From Octopus sinensis (Eukaryota): a stretch of 64,000 nt of DNA. The position numbers and the translations under genes were made by a program. The stretch's first letter is position 1, and every line of letters begins with the position of its first letter. Of this stretch, positions 11,213 through 23,984 are shown in pieces. The notes below the pieces were generated by a model. The model had not been told where the DNA came from. It did no database searches and saw only the letters and a program-made list of their open reading frames with translations. The stretch lies in assembly GCF_006345805.1 (NCBI RefSeq), contig NC_043008.1:9734001-9798000 (forward strand). The letters are read 5' to 3'.

Positions 11213-12493
11213 TTGGGTTGAGGAATAATTCATGAACTTTTTTTTTCAAATTTATTTTAAACAAAGAACCTACAACAAATTAATCAATAATATTCTCTCC
11301 GTTGTTGTTTACGACTTCCTCCCATCGTTCAATAAGTCTTTCGATGCCTCGGCCATAAAAATCTCCCGGTTTTGACTCAAAGAATTCGTCCAACCAAGTC
11401 CTCAATTCCCCGTCATTATTGAACGATAAACCGCACAATGCATTCGAACGCGGTCGAAAGAGATAAAAATCTGACTCTGCCAAATCTGGAGAGTATGGAG
11501 TATGAGGCAGCTTTTCCCATTCGAGTTCTTAAATCGCGGCTTTGGTCATATTGGCGATGTGAGGGACGGGCAATGTCGTGTTGCAAAAGAATGCCATTTC
11601 GCCTGTTCGGTCTTTTTTGTTGAATTGCTTCGTTGTGTCTGTGAGTTGTTGAACGTAGAGCGCCACATTCAGTGTTTGGTTGCGCTCAAGCAGTTCGTAA
11701 TGAATTATGCCCTCCCAGTCCAACCACACACACAACATGGTCTTTCGAGGATGAAGGACTTGTTTTGCTCGCGGAGTCGCTTGTTTGTCGGGGCTGAGCC
11801 ATTCTTTTCGCTGTTTCATATTGACGAAAAGGCAGCCTATGTCATCGCCAATGACAATGCGATGAAGAAAACGCTGTTTGTGACCATGCGTTGAGCGATG
11901 TCGAGCGAGCAAACTGGCGGCGAATTGTGGAGTGTCAATTTTTGTTGTATCTCTCAAAGTGTGTGGTGCCCAAGGGCTGAGTTTCTGAACCTTGCCCATT
12001 GAGTGAAGGTGTTTCACCACAGTTTTTCCACCACAATCCATCTACTCCGCTAATTCTCTGGTCGCTTGACGTGGATTTTCGTGAAGTTGATTCAATCGCT
12101 CTTCATCGAACTCAATTGGTCGACTGGTGTGTGATCCATCCTTGAGGTCAAAGTTTCCATTTTTGAGACTTGAAAACCAACGGCGGGCGGTACTTTGAGA
12201 CATTTCCCCTTCTCTATACACAGCACAAATCTCACAAGCAGCTTCGGCGGCCTTAACACCTCAATCAAAGGCAATGGTGTCGAAAATGCTCAGTTTTGTC
12301 CACTTGATATTCATTCCACTTTAATGATCGGAAATACACAAAAATCAATAAAATAAAAAAATCAAAACACACTAACTTGTAGAGCAAAACATTCTCTTTT
12401 AAATAACATAAAACATTTTGCCAATGCGTTTTATTTCTGCGTGTATTTTTAAATTTGAAAAAAAAAGCACTCATGAATTATTCTTCAATCCAA
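11213..12493 (-). mobile_element. Full-length (about 1.28 kb) but inactivated mariner (DD34D-type) transposon
   Basis: TIRs TTGGGTTGAGGAATAATTCATGA / TCATGAATTATTCTTCAATCCAA; left TA flank; motifs WAPHTL (WVPHEL), RIVIGDD, PYSPDLAESDFYLFR and C-terminal RWEEVVNNNGENIID, spread over several frames. Confidence 0.93.
11280..12315 (-). pseudogene. Frameshifted mariner transposase
   Basis: ORF fragments 12265-12474 (EYQVDKTEHFRH), 11529-12041 and 11280-11483 are collinear pieces of one transposase. Confidence 0.9.
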
Positions 12494-12989
12494 CAGAATC
12501 GAAGCGTAAAAATATAATTTGAATTTTTAAATTTTATTTTTCTCTCTGAAAAGGAAACACATTTAATGTTTCAAGCTGAGAGCCTCAGGATTAGAAGATA
12601 ATAATAGGCGAGTTACCATAGTATATTTTATTAACAACAAGAATCCTCGATGCTGAAGGTATATCGTAATTTAACATGTATGATCTTCCAATTTGCTTGC
12701 TACTATGTGATTTATCTCCTGCAACAAGAATCCTATCTAAACTGAAGCAAGTAATTATTGAGACGGCTTTTATCAACTAGTATGTTCATTAACTTTCAGC
12801 TTTTTGATGTGTCAGATCCAGGAAGTATGCTTGAAGATAGCCATATCCAATGCCATTGACCACGAGATTTACTAATATCATCGAGGAAACAAAGATATCA
12901 ATAGAGAACAGAAAGAATTAGAACCAACCAGCTAAAAACTTGTATTATTATTTTTTTTAAAAGAAAAATATGGAGATAAATTTCATACT

Positions 12990-13395
12990 ATACTCTTTAC
13001 TCTTTTACTCTTTTACTTGTTTCAGTCATTTGACTGCGGCCATGCTGGAGCACCGCCTTTAATCGAGCAACTCGACCCCGGGACTTATTCTTTTGTAAGC
13101 CCAGTACTTATTCTATCGGTCTCTTTTGCCGAACCGCTAAGTAACGGGGACGTAAACACACCAGCATCGATTGTTAAGCAATGCTAGGGGACAAACACAG
13201 ACACACACACGCATATATATATATACATATATACGACGGGCTTCTTTCAGTTTCCGTCTACCAAATTCACTCACAAGGCATTGGTCGGCCCGAGGCTATA
13301 GTAGAAGACACTTGCCCAGGTGCCACGCAGTGGGACTGAACCCGGAACCATGTGGTTGGTTAGCAAGCTATTTACCACACAGCCACTCCTGCGCC
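12990..13395 (-). mobile_element. Complete family B tRNA-derived SINE (CORE-like central domain, (TAAAAGAG)n tail)
   Basis: rc head AGGCGCAGGAGTGGCTGTGTGGTAA..GGTTCCGGGTTCAGTCCC (A/B boxes), then CCTGGGCAAGTGTCTTC. Confidence 0.9.
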
Positions 13396-13429
13396 TATAT
13401 GGAAATTAATGTTTAATAAGTTTTCCGAT

Positions 13430-13570
13430 GCCTCGGCGATAGAAAGCTTTCGGTATGATTTGCTGTAGCCCATCTTTTATACCAAGACAAAATAATGTGC
13501 ATGATAACACTTCCAATCAGTTAAGATCAGAAGCCATGAGAGCCACTGCATCAGGGCATTTATTATTATT
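13430..13570 (+). mobile_element. Probable non-LTR 3' end terminating in (TTA)n
   Basis: Non-simple sequence ending CAGGGCATTTATTATTATT; family not identified. Confidence 0.35.
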
Positions 13571-13949
13571 ATTTTGTGTTTGACTTTTGCTTTGGATTTG
13601 TATAAGTTGGCTCCAAGTCTCACCCAGAGACTTCAAGAGACAACAAGTTGGTAGTTCACGTTGGAGTTATGCCTAGGGTGCCATTTGGTTTTGTACATAG
13701 TGTTGTTCTAAAGAATGTTTAAGAAACCATAAGAAAATTATGTGTTTGTTTTAAAACTTGAGATTACATAGAAAGTAATTTGCATAGGATATGGGCATTT
13801 CCCATGAGCACTATCTTTTGAATTTCTGCCATTTTGGGGTTTCCTAGTATCTGAGCTAGGTAGCAATCAGCTCCTTTTGCTATCATTTCCAGGGCACCTA
13901 TGACAACAGGTATTGTTTTAGTCTTCAGGTTCCACATTTTGCTAAATTC

Positions 13950-13950
<1 letters not shown>
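13570..13950 (-). mobile_element. R4/Dong-like RLE retrotransposon 3' end inside (TAA)n
   Basis: rc encodes SKMWNLKTKTIPVVIGALEMIAKGADCYLAQILGNPKMAEIQKIVLMG; homologous to 21472-21900; TTA repeats on both sides. Confidence 0.85.
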
Positions 13951-14019
<69 letters not shown>

Positions 14020-14146
14020 GAGTGAGAGAGCAGTGCATGCCATCAAAGTGACACTGGGGTAAAATATACGAAGCCCAGTATACCCATCATGACTACCCGT
14101 CTGATAAGGGTACACTAGGAACTATTATTATTATATTTTTTTTTTA

Positions 14147-14182
<36 letters not shown>

Positions 14183-14187
14183 TCTAC

Positions 14188-14240
<53 letters not shown>
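13950..14240. repeat. (TTA)n and (TAG)n tracts containing a non-LTR tail fragment (14020-14125)
   Basis: TGAGTGAGAGAGCAGTGCATGCCATC..CCCAGT is the rc of the element at 57170-57365. Confidence 0.8.
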
Positions 14241-14589
14241 TAAACTCTTACTTGGCCATTCTAAAGCATCTATACGCTGTAGTAGTCGAAGTCACTAGTA
14301 GTAGACGAAAATGAAACTTAATTTTCGCAAGCAGCCACCGGTAATTACAGAACCTTTCAATTAGCAAAACAGAAAACATATACATTGAAAATATCTTGCG
14401 ATAAAGACGTAAAAATAGTTAAACTACTCACACCAGAAATTTCGAAATGGTTTACTGAACAGAAAAATAATAAAATAAAGAACAATTCAGTTTAATGAGA
14501 AGCAATATAAATATTATGTCTTGGATCAGGTCGTTGCTCTTCTCTGCTTCATATTGGTGTGTGCGTGTGTGTGTGTGAATACATATATG

Positions 14590-15178
<589 letters not shown>

Positions 15179-15244
15179 GTTACCAATATCATTTTGTGCT
15201 GAAAAAACCAAGTGGTTAATATATTTATTATATAACTAAATCAT

Positions 15245-15375
15245 AGTAATGATGGTGGCTCTCGTGGCTGCTGATCTAAATTGATCGGAGCCTCTTGCCG
15301 AACCGCGTAATTTCAGGGACATAAACATACAAACATCGGTTGTCAAGCGATGATAGGACAAAAACAGACACAGAG

Positions 15376-15457
<82 letters not shown>

Positions 15458-15605
15458 CGGGCTTCTTTTCAGTTTCCGTCTACCAAATCCGCTCACAAGG
15501 CTTTGGTCGGCATGAGGCGATAGTAGAAGACACTCGCCTAAGGTACCACACAGTGGGACTGAATCTGGAACCATGTTGTTGGGAAGTAAGCTTCTTACCA
15601 CACAT
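15245..15605 (-). mobile_element. Older family B SINE with expanded internal (TA)n(TG)n
   Basis: GCCGAACCGCG..CGGTTGTCAAGCG..GACGGGCTTCTTTTCAGTTTCCGTCTACC..CTTCTTACCACAC. Confidence 0.8.
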
Positions 15606-15859
15606 ACATACATGCATACATGCATATATATATATACATATGTGTTTAGATAGATATATAGATAGATATACAGACAGACAGACAAATAGATAATCAACTT
15701 TAGCCAGACCGAACATAGAAATAACAGACATTTCGAAAGTTAATTCATCATTTGTATGAAAGTATTGCTTTTGCAATAACCATAACAACTTTATTGGTCG
15801 AGATTACTTATTACATTCCTTTATCTACGATCACCGATATTCCTCTCTTTGTCTCAATA

Positions 15860-15863
15860 AATC

Positions 15864-15914
<51 letters not shown>

Positions 15915-15926
15915 TATATATATATA

Positions 15927-15990
<64 letters not shown>

Positions 15991-16310
15991 CATATATATA
16001 TATATGCATATATATATATACACATATATATATACACACATATATATATATACATATAATATATATATATATATATATACATATATATACACATATATAT
16101 ATACATATATATATACATATATATATGTATATGTATATATGTACATATGTATGTATATATATATAAATGCCTATATATGTATATATATATATATATGTAT
16201 GTATATATATACATATATATATATGTTTATATATGTAGATGTATATGGACATATACGTATATATATATGTACATATATATGCGTGGGGGTGTGGGGGTGT
16301 ATACTTACAC
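15860..16310. repeat. TA-rich compound microsatellite
   Basis: Directly visible. Confidence 0.95.
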
Positions 16311-16893
16311 ACACTTGCACGTGCATACGCTAACATCAGACTTCTACGTATATACGTATATATACATTCATAGACACTTGCTCACACACACAACTGTGTG
16401 TGTAAGGTATGTGTGTGTGTGTTGCTGTTCTTGCTGTTGTTGTTGTTGTTGTTGTTAGTTGGCGATTTCTTCTTGTTAGTTTGAGCAAACATCATGGACG
16501 ACAAAATTAGGCGTAACACACAGCTGTATGCACACGTATATGGAAATACTTGACCATGCGTGAATGAATTTGTGTATAACACACACACACATCGTGACGC
16601 ATATTTGCCATTTGAATATGGCTAACCCCTAAGGGTGGATGCTACTGTAGTTTGTAACCCCAGGAAGATATCTCCTCCAGCTGGCTATAGACACACTATC
16701 TGTGCCCTATCAGTATTTGTGAAGGGAAGTCATCCTTCCCGTCTTCAACTTATGATACACACGGACTCGAGTTTCAAGGTGTTTACCTATCATCAGCGTT
16801 TGACAATCATAGTTGTCGACGAGAATTCAGTTTCCCTCACAAATACATATACTTTTTCCAGTGTCGATTGACACACACACATAAACGTATATA

Positions 16894-17128
16894 CAGGTTT
16901 GACGAAAAGTCACCTGACAGTAAATCAAAACCATTTAATTCTAAGATTTATTTATGCTTAACAACTGAATGAATTTAATAAAAGCATCTAAATATGAAAC
17001 ATCATGGAGATTGTTCAAAGTGAAGTCTTTCTTGAGCGACACATTTTTTTTCAAATGAATAAATAAAATTGAATATTAAGTATTTCTGGAATTTTGATTT
17101 ATTATCAGGTGACTTTTGGCCAACCCTG
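16894..17128. mobile_element. Tc1/mariner-type MITE, 235 bp
   Basis: TA|CAGGTTTGACGAAAAGTCACCTGACAGTAAATCAAAA ... TTTTGATTTATTATCAGGTGACTTTTGGCCAACCCTG|TA: about 37-bp imperfect TIRs and TA TSD. Confidence 0.88.
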
Positions 17129-17213
<85 letters not shown>

Positions 17214-18269
17214 GTGTGTAAGATAAAACTTACTTGGAAAAGGATGCGTGGCGTTCGATCATACAATAATGTAAATAATATATAAATATATGCATATATA
17301 CATATATATATGTACATACCTACATCTATATGTATATATACATGCATATATGGGAACAGGACATCAAAAAAACGTTGAACACAATGAGAAACGAAAACAT
17401 AAAAACAAAGAAACTTTTGTTTGTTTTTTTAACACGAAAACCTGAGTACAAGACATACAACAGAAGGAATATTTCCCTTCTTCAGTTGTCCTTGTTTCGT
17501 CTACTCCGCGTTTTCGAAGGTAAGGACAAGATGCGACTACGTTAAAAGAGTCCTTCTGTTATTATTTATATTATTATTATCGTCGTCGTCGTCGTCGTGC
17601 GTAAAAGACATCGTTTTGAAGCTTGCAAGGAGTTATAGAATTTTGATGTTCTGAAGAAAGTTAGTTTGGTGTTTTTTGTAGTATTTTGTTGCGCCACCAA
17701 CATACTATGGTGGGGTTAGTTGACCGAATTTGTGATATATTTAGCATATTTCTCCATCCTTTCGTAATAATTCTCATCGCCTCTAACATTTGTTAGAGGA
17801 GTGTGATCAGAGATTGGAAGGGCCGTTTTGACGCTGCTTTTCACCCTTTTAAAACAATGTGCCACACGGTCACCCACCACTTGTGCCGACGAAAGTAACA
17901 ACAATAACAACAACAACAACAACAAGGCAAATGGACATGAACAACGACAACTAGAAAAGTGGAAGCAACGGTAACAACGAAAACAACAGTAACAACAGCA
18001 ACAACGAGAACGTAGAACACAAAAACAAACAAAAAATTAATTTTCTCTCAGCACGCAACAACAACAGCAGCACCAATGGCAGCAGCTTCATTGCCAAAAT
18101 TACCTCCGCCACCACCACCACCACCGTCACTGATGTCAACACCAAAAGATTAAGACAAGGCAACTTGCGAATCTAGCGTTGACAGGTTCACCGAAGCCGT
18201 CCGTATAATAATACCATGCAGCTGCAACAGCAACAATAGCAGCAACTTCATTACCAAAACCTCTGAAAC

Positions 18270-18884
18270 AAGCATTGCTGACTTGTAGGTTTATGTCAAA
18301 CACGTGTTATTCTGAGTAAGATGGATCCGGTTGTGAAGGTTCTGAGTCCATTGTGAAGGTCATACAGCCACCATTTTGGCCCCAAGATGAAAAGGCATTG
18401 TTCATCTATCTGATGGCCTTAGCAAAAGAGGTTTTATGGTGGACAAGACTGAAAACCCGATTTGGCCAAACCCTCATCATATTTTTAAGTTTCACTTGCA
18501 AAGGAAAGTGAAGATAAAAAGGAAGTGCTGCTTCCTGTCAAATTCGTTGGAAAGCAGATGAGACTGTCACGGACTGTTCCAGTGGACCGGCCTGCTTGGA
18601 GCATGCTCCAGTAGGCTTAGGAAAGGTAATAGTAAAACGACGCTTGCCCTAGTGGTGCGGGCGACGGTGATTTAGTGGTGGGGTTCCACGGACAGTCCTC
18701 GGAAATCTCCCTCCTTTGGTAGAATTTGTTTGCGTTTTTGTTTCCTTGTTTTCGTTATCTTACTGTTTACACACATTTTATGTAATGCTACATTGTATTA
18801 CATATAACATCGGGTATCGTCTTGTACCATCCTCGAGCATTTGGCAACCCTGTTTGCAAACACTTAATGGTTGATAAAAAAAAA
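18270..18884 (+). mobile_element. Tx1/L1-clade LINE 3' fragment with 3' UTR and poly(A)
   Basis: Decayed SIADL..SESIVKVIQPP..EKALFIYLMALAKEVLWWTRLK; DNA homology to rc of 26610-27000; ends GATAAAAAAAAA. Confidence 0.7.
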
Positions 18885-18899
18885 TAGATTGTAACTAGT

Positions 18900-19120
18900 A
18901 GAGAGGTGGTGAGCTGGCTGAATCGGCAGCTCATTGGACAAAATATTTAGCGGCATTTCTTCCAGATCTTTTCGTCAAGATTTTAAATTCCGTTGAGGTC
19001 GAGCTCGCCTTTCATCCATTCAAGGTTGATAAAATAAGTACAAGTTGAGCAATGAGGTCGATGGAATACACTAAATAGCCTCTTCCTAAAATTGCTAGCT
19101 TTGTGCCAAACTTTTAAACT
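18900..19120 (+). mobile_element. Degenerate family A SINE
   Basis: GGTGAGCTGGCTGAATCGG..GGACAAAATATTTAGCGGCATTTC..GCCTTTCATCC. Confidence 0.7.
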
Positions 19121-19588
19121 ATTATTATGATTATCTTCATTATTGCTGTTGTTGTTGTTGTTTCGTCTTTCTTCTGTTGTTGTCTTTGTTATTTTTGCAG
19201 AAATGATTTCACGCGAATCAAGCCATTCGCAATCAGAAACAATTTATTTTTGCGGCAACCATTTACAAAATTATTAATCGTTGTTGGTTTTTGCGGTAAT
19301 TTTCAGAGTGTACCATTCATAAGAATGCGTCAATTGCTCGTTAAAAGTTATCTATGTACTGAAGCACCACGAAAACAGAATTCCCATCACAAAGACTTTA
19401 TCAGAATACTAAAACCAAAAACAACCCCAAGTATAATAAACGTGTCTGCCGTATTGTCTCTGGTTCTCTTAATCTTCGATACATGTCCGCCTCTACACTA
19501 CACTGTCCTCCTTTGTTGTCTCTCTTATCTGACTATATAGCTTCCTTATCTTCTGTCTAGTTCCCTTCATACATAATCGATCTTATTT

Positions 19589-19623
<35 letters not shown>

Positions 19624-19689
19624 GCTATCTTTCTCTATTTCTGTCTCTTTTGCTTTACGTACGTACATTTATACTATACTTAAATACAT

Positions 19690-19870
19690 TTTTAGACCAT
19701 ACCGTTATGCCAATAATAATTGGTGCACTTAATCATGTTACTAAATGCCTAAGTAACAGTCTGAAAAAACTGGGGTTTTCAGAGAAAAAACACCAACAGG
19801 CCATTAAAAATACGATTTGTAAATGGAAGAATAAAAATATGCAAGACTTTCTTCAGGTTCAAGCAGCCTA
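19690..19870 (+). mobile_element. RLE non-LTR C-terminal fragment (same family as 4490-4865)
   Basis: VMPIIIGALNHVTKCLSNSLKKLGFSEKK. Confidence 0.6.
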
Positions 19871-20105
19871 TAGAATAAATACCCGTCTTAAAAGAAAAGC
19901 GTCGATTTACTGGGGTCGATTTACTCGACTAAAACCCTTCAAGGTTGTGTCCCAGCATGGCCGAAGTTCAATGACCATTCTGTCTAAATATTGGAACTGC
20001 AGATACAATATCCCTACATATCTCACCTCTGTTCTCATTCCTCCACTTCACTCTGTATATCATATCTTATCTAGAATAATTATTGCTTAATCCTTTTCTC
20101 ACACC

Positions 20106-20153
20106 GTCTCCGATGACGGGATATATAAAATATCCCAGAAACAGCTGTAAGAC
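20106..20153 (+). ncRNA. Minimal type I hammerhead variant
   Basis: GTCT-CCGATGA-C-GGGATAT(ataaa)ATATCCC-A-GAAA-CAGCTG-TA-AGAC: perfect 4-bp helix I, 7-bp helix II, palindromic ACAGCTGT, GUA site; U4C change and C.A at the helix II base. Confidence 0.55.
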
Positions 20154-20405
20154 CTTCTCTTTATAAATGTTTTAAAATCTTTTCACAGCCTTGGGTTTTT
20201 ATCTCATTCTGTTAATTTTTTTTATACATACGCATGGTGATATATGATCTACGATGGACACCTCATTCGCATAATCACCGAACCTGGAGCTTAACTATAG
20301 TCTGTCCATAGCACTTACTCAGCTTTGCCTGACACCTTTGGGTCTTCTTGACACCATTACCTCTCATAACCTATATATATATATATATATAAATAAAATA
20401 ATATA

Positions 20406-20515
20406 TTACATTTACTCAATAGTCAGGATAAAACTCTGAGTTTCAGTTGCCGTAGTGGAAATCCACAACACCATCTCTTCGGTTATCTGGCCATCTGACT
20501 ATTGAGTAAATGTAA
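20406..20515 (-). ncRNA. Hammerhead-like motif closed by a perfect 21-bp stem
   Basis: Minus strand GATAA-CCGAAGA...GTGGA tt TCCAC...GAAA-CTCAGAG-TT-TTATC; outer stem 20406-20426/20495-20515; helix II partly decayed. Confidence 0.5.
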
Positions 20516-20593
20516 CATATTATTTATAGATAAATTTCCTCTATTTACATAATATTGGGTCTCTTTCTTTCTTTTGTTATCTTACCGTTTTTA

Positions 20594-20635
<42 letters not shown>

Positions 20636-20637
20636 AT

Positions 20638-20706
<69 letters not shown>

Positions 20707-21419
20707 ATATATACATACATACAGATAGATAGATAATCGTTGATGTCTGGTGTTTTCCTTGACACAACTGAACAATTTTTCAACAGATCTTTGTCAAAAT
20801 TTGGATAGATATCCAAAAATTATTACCAGAAAAATGCATGAGGAAAAAACGGGATCAAAAATCTCCATTGAAACATTTGCATATTTCGCGACGTGTATGT
20901 TGAACAGGACACTAGAACACACACACACATACACACTCTCGCACTCTCTCTCTCTCTCGCTCTCTCTCACGCACACACCTTTCAGTTCGACATACTGTTA
21001 CCACGACAACAGCTACAGTTGGTTAATTATATTATATATACAAAGGCATTTTATTTCCATATCTTCAACAGACACCGAAATACTGAAGTCTAAAAAGTAA
21101 CCAGGAATTAAATTAAGCTTTAAAAAAAAAAATTTTGCCACACATTCGATAAACGAAGCAACGCTATAGAAATACAAATTTCGAAACTAGATTTAGCTTC
21201 ACCATTCCGCCGCTATCTGACATCATTTCTTCATAATGTTTATAGTAATGTGCGTATTTTTTTCCAACTACAGTTTCCATTTCCTCATAAGTTTCTTAGT
21301 GACTCACGTATTGCATGCGTTTTATTCAGAAAGAAAAGGACGTCCATTGAATAAATTGCTCGTGGTCGTTCCATTTCTATTTATTATTCAAATTACAACA
21401 ACAACAACAACAGCAACAG

Positions 21420-21471
<52 letters not shown>

Positions 21472-21475
<4 letters not shown>

Positions 21476-21900
21476 GAGCAAATATAAAGATCTTGAAATA
21501 GAAATCAGCAAAATGTGGGACCTGAAGACTAAAACAATACCTGTTGTCATAGGTGCCCTGGGAATGATAGCGAAAGGGACTAATTGCTACCTAACTCAGA
21601 TACCAGGAAACCCCAAAATGGCAGAAATTCAAAAGATAGTGCTCATGGGAACTGCTCATATCCTACGCAAAATACTCTCTATGTAATCCCAAGGTTTAAA
21701 ACAAACATTTTTTTTTAAAATTTATGTATTAGACATTCACTAGTACAACACCAAAAAAAAAAACCCAAACTATATGGCACACTAAGCATAACAACAACGT
21801 GAACTTCCAACCTGTTGTCTCTTGAGGTCTCTGGATGAGATTTGGAGCCAACTTGTACAGACATAAAGCAAAAGTCAAACATAGAATAATAATAATAATA
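21472..21900 (+). mobile_element. R4/Dong-like RLE retrotransposon 3' end inside (AAT)n
   Basis: LSKYKDLEIEISKMWDLKTKTIPVVIGALGMIAKGTNCYLTQIPGNPKMAEIQKIVLMGTAHILRKILSM*; (AAT)n before and after. Confidence 0.88.
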
Positions 21901-21989
21901 ATACGAGAAGGACAAACAAAAGATGATGTATTTGAAAAAAGAAAGTAAAGTTATACGGAAAAGCATCCTTAGCTTATGATGAAAACCGA

Positions 21990-22345
21990 GACGGAAAGAG
22001 GCAGACATTTGGGATTAATTGAAGAAGGACATTCTTAAAAAGGTGACAGAAGGATTCATCACAGCAGTTCAGGATCACGCCCCTCGGGAGAAATAGTGTA
22101 AAACGTAGCGCAGGAGTTAATGTGTTGCCGTTGTACAGATTGTGCGATGGACGAGAAACAGTGCCCCACATTGTAAGTGACTGTTCTAAAGTCGCACAGA
22201 AACAGTAAAAATCTTGGAAACATGATAATGTTGCAAAGATCATCTTGTGAGAAACGTGTAATTAGTATGGACTCCCATCAGGATACAAATGGTTGTGAAC
22301 ATGCACCCGAAAAGGTGACTGAGAATGATAAGGTCAACTTTGGGG
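21990..22345 (+). mobile_element. RLE retrotransposon zinc-knuckle region fragment
   Basis: KKDILKKVTEGFITAVQDH..RLCDGRETVPHIVSDCSKVAQKQ..HDNVAK (CCHC-type motif preceding the RLE domain). Confidence 0.75.
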
Positions 22346-22379
22346 GGACTTACCTATTCAAACGGATCGTGTCCTAGAA

Positions 22380-23715
22380 CAAAGGTGGGTAACCTTTTCA
22401 CGTCAGAAGGCTGCATTAAGTTAGTTGTATTCTAATTAGACGGCATTCAAGAAACTTCAATTACATATTCTTCAAAATCTATATTATTTTGTATAAATCT
22501 AATTACTGTGTACTAATTAACTTCAAAAGATGGAAAAAAATAATTCTAAAATTAACTAATATTTCAATTACATTGTTGTGACTGCTTTTTTGTAGCGAAG
22601 CATTTGGTTATTTTTGGTGACAGCATGGAGGTCTCCAGTTTCGGCTGATCCTCTCGATGGGTATCCGCCATTTGTTACCTTAACAGCGTCTTGATTTTAG
22701 CTAGATAGAAAAGCAGGAAATTACCTTTCGTGCATGTTTCCGAAGTCATGGGTATTCTATTGTATTTTTCCATTTTTCAATCGGATCTTTCTTAGCGTCA
22801 AATAAGGACTTTAAAATGTCATCTTCTGAGAGCTCAATCGATTCCAACTGCAGTTCTTTAGGAGCTTTAGAGACACCAACTTGATGAGGTTGAAATGCTA
22901 ATTTGAGTGTCATGTCATGATTCTCAAAGTCAGTTTACCTTTCGTTGTATTCCCTAATTAATAAGTATTACAGCTGCATATTCTTCAAATGATTTGCATG
23001 AATCCTAATATTATCAATGACCATTGCTAACCGGACAAAATGTCCATTCGAAATTTCCTTTCCAAGAGTTTTGAAAAGAGGCAACTTTTTTTCCGAAATG
23101 CTTAGATTTTTTTTGTTACATATCATATACAGGTTTTTAGTTTTTCCTTGCAAAGAAATATTCAAATCCTTTTGTTTTGACGTGACATCACACAGAAAGG
23201 CATCATTTCTATAGAAATCTTCTTTCAATAATAAAACTGCTGATTTTGTTTTTCATAAAATTTAATTATCTGTTCTCGCAAATATAAAAGTTTTGCTAAC
23301 ACCTGTCCCTGCCATAGCCAACGCACTTTAGAATCATACACCAAATCCACACTGAACATCTCATCGTCCAACGTTAACATGATATGAAGCTAGCAATTCC
23401 ACGTTGCATTTGCACGAATATAGTTAACAATTCTATATAACCTTTTGTCAAGTGTCACTTAAAATAGTAGATTTACCTCTGAGATTTTGCTGATGTAAGA
23501 TACAATGAAAGGAAATGTGAGCATCTGGATCTAATAATACATTTTTTTCATCCATGCAATAAACCTTCATGTTTTCCTGTCATGAAAGATGCTCCATCTG
23601 TACATACACTCACTAAATTAACCAAATTCACTTCAAATTCGCGACATTTATCTTGTAAGTTTGTGACGGTATCCATTCCTTATGTTCTATCTCTAAAAGT
23701 CCCCAAAGCCAGTAA
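22380..23715 (-). mobile_element. hAT (Charlie/SPIN-like, GTF2IRD2-type) transposon, 3' two-thirds, decayed
   Basis: VSVCTDGASFMTGKHEG, FHCILHQQNL, DAFLCDVTSKQKDLNISLQGK, KELQLESIELS..LRKHARK; terminus CAAAGGTGGGTAACCTTTT preceded by TCCTAGAA (Charlie-like target). Confidence 0.88.
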
Positions 23716-23984
23716 CTCTTCGTAGCAAATAAACGAGAGAGAGAGAGAGAGAGAGAGAGATAAACAGATTGTGGGCATTTAGAAAAAGGGAAGAAAATAT
23801 CACATTAAATCTTGCAATATATAGAGAGAATATAGAATTATATAGAGTTATAGGTTATATAAATGATGAAGGCGTAACACTGAGGCAGAATATTCTTCCG
23901 ATCAGGCGGGGAGATGTTAGTCGGCTCGCTTAGCCAATGAGGTAGCATGGTTCGAAAGCTAAGACGATGTGAAGCGCATTGTGA

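Larger units (their letters stand above)
20000..20600. mobile_element. Penelope-like composite with two hammerhead motifs
   Basis: 20230-20370 is homologous to 48880-49010; contains the motifs at 20106-20153 and 20406-20515. Confidence 0.6.

Noticed and set aside
12801-12860. Terminal-exon-like LFDVSDPGSMLEDSHIQCH*
   Set aside because: No independent support
17345-17570. GAAAC...CTGAAGA-AGGGAA/TTCCTT motif as a hammerhead
   Set aside because: Elements are in an order and spacing that cannot form the three-way junction; probably just a repeat fragment
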